Shown: positions 63,941-64,000 of the stretch, piece after piece
Layout: the number at the start of each line of letters is the position of its first letter
Numbering within the stretch: the first letter of the stretch is position 1
Assembly: GCF_001194135.2 (NCBI RefSeq)
Contig: NC_068990.1
Span: forward strand, 55,849,597 to 55,913,596
DNA: 64,000 bases
DNA from: Octopus bimaculoides
Taxonomy: Eukaryota
Reading direction: 5' to 3'
Notes under the pieces: generated by a model
What the model saw: only the letters and a program-made list of their open reading frames with translations
What the model was told of the DNA's origin: nothing
Database searches by the model: none
Position numbers and translations under genes: made by a program

Positions 63941-64000
63941 CTATGTGAACATATATGTGTGCATGTAACACACACGCACGCACACACAAGTGTATATATA

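Overview
Animal genomic DNA from a gappy draft assembly: AT-rich, about 19 N-gaps, most next to microsatellites. The SINE families and microsatellite density look like a coleoid cephalopod, probably Octopus (inference from recognition of the repeats, not database-checked). No protein-coding gene can be named. Most ORF-track entries are microsatellite or N-gap artefacts; the few meaningful ones lie in transposon remnants. The window is mostly transposon-derived: four tRNA-headed SINE types (my labels A-D) that appear to swap modules; decayed LINE fragments (APE-type CR1/Jockey group, R4/Dong-like, two RTE-like, one CR1-like); Penelope-like element (PLE) pieces; an internally deleted Tc1/mariner; and hAT and pogo-type MITEs. 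The best signal is a set of minimal hammerhead-ribozyme motifs in PLE-type termini. An intact one (50020-50065) lies in a ~230 bp near-perfect palindrome whose other arm carries a stem-II-deleted copy. Two identical copies with a variant core (CUGUUGA) lie 35 kb apart (25888-25924 +, 60724-60760 -). Two decayed motifs are also present, one with the compensatory U3-A8 core. Other fold-back structures are at 5392, 28201 and 58677. A few weakly supported + strand exon candidates (TATA/Inr first exon at 37465-37613, internal exon at 29158-29279, terminal exon with AATAAA at 43361-43500) may belong to an unannotated small gene. Internal SINE boundaries are approximate (about +/-10 bp).
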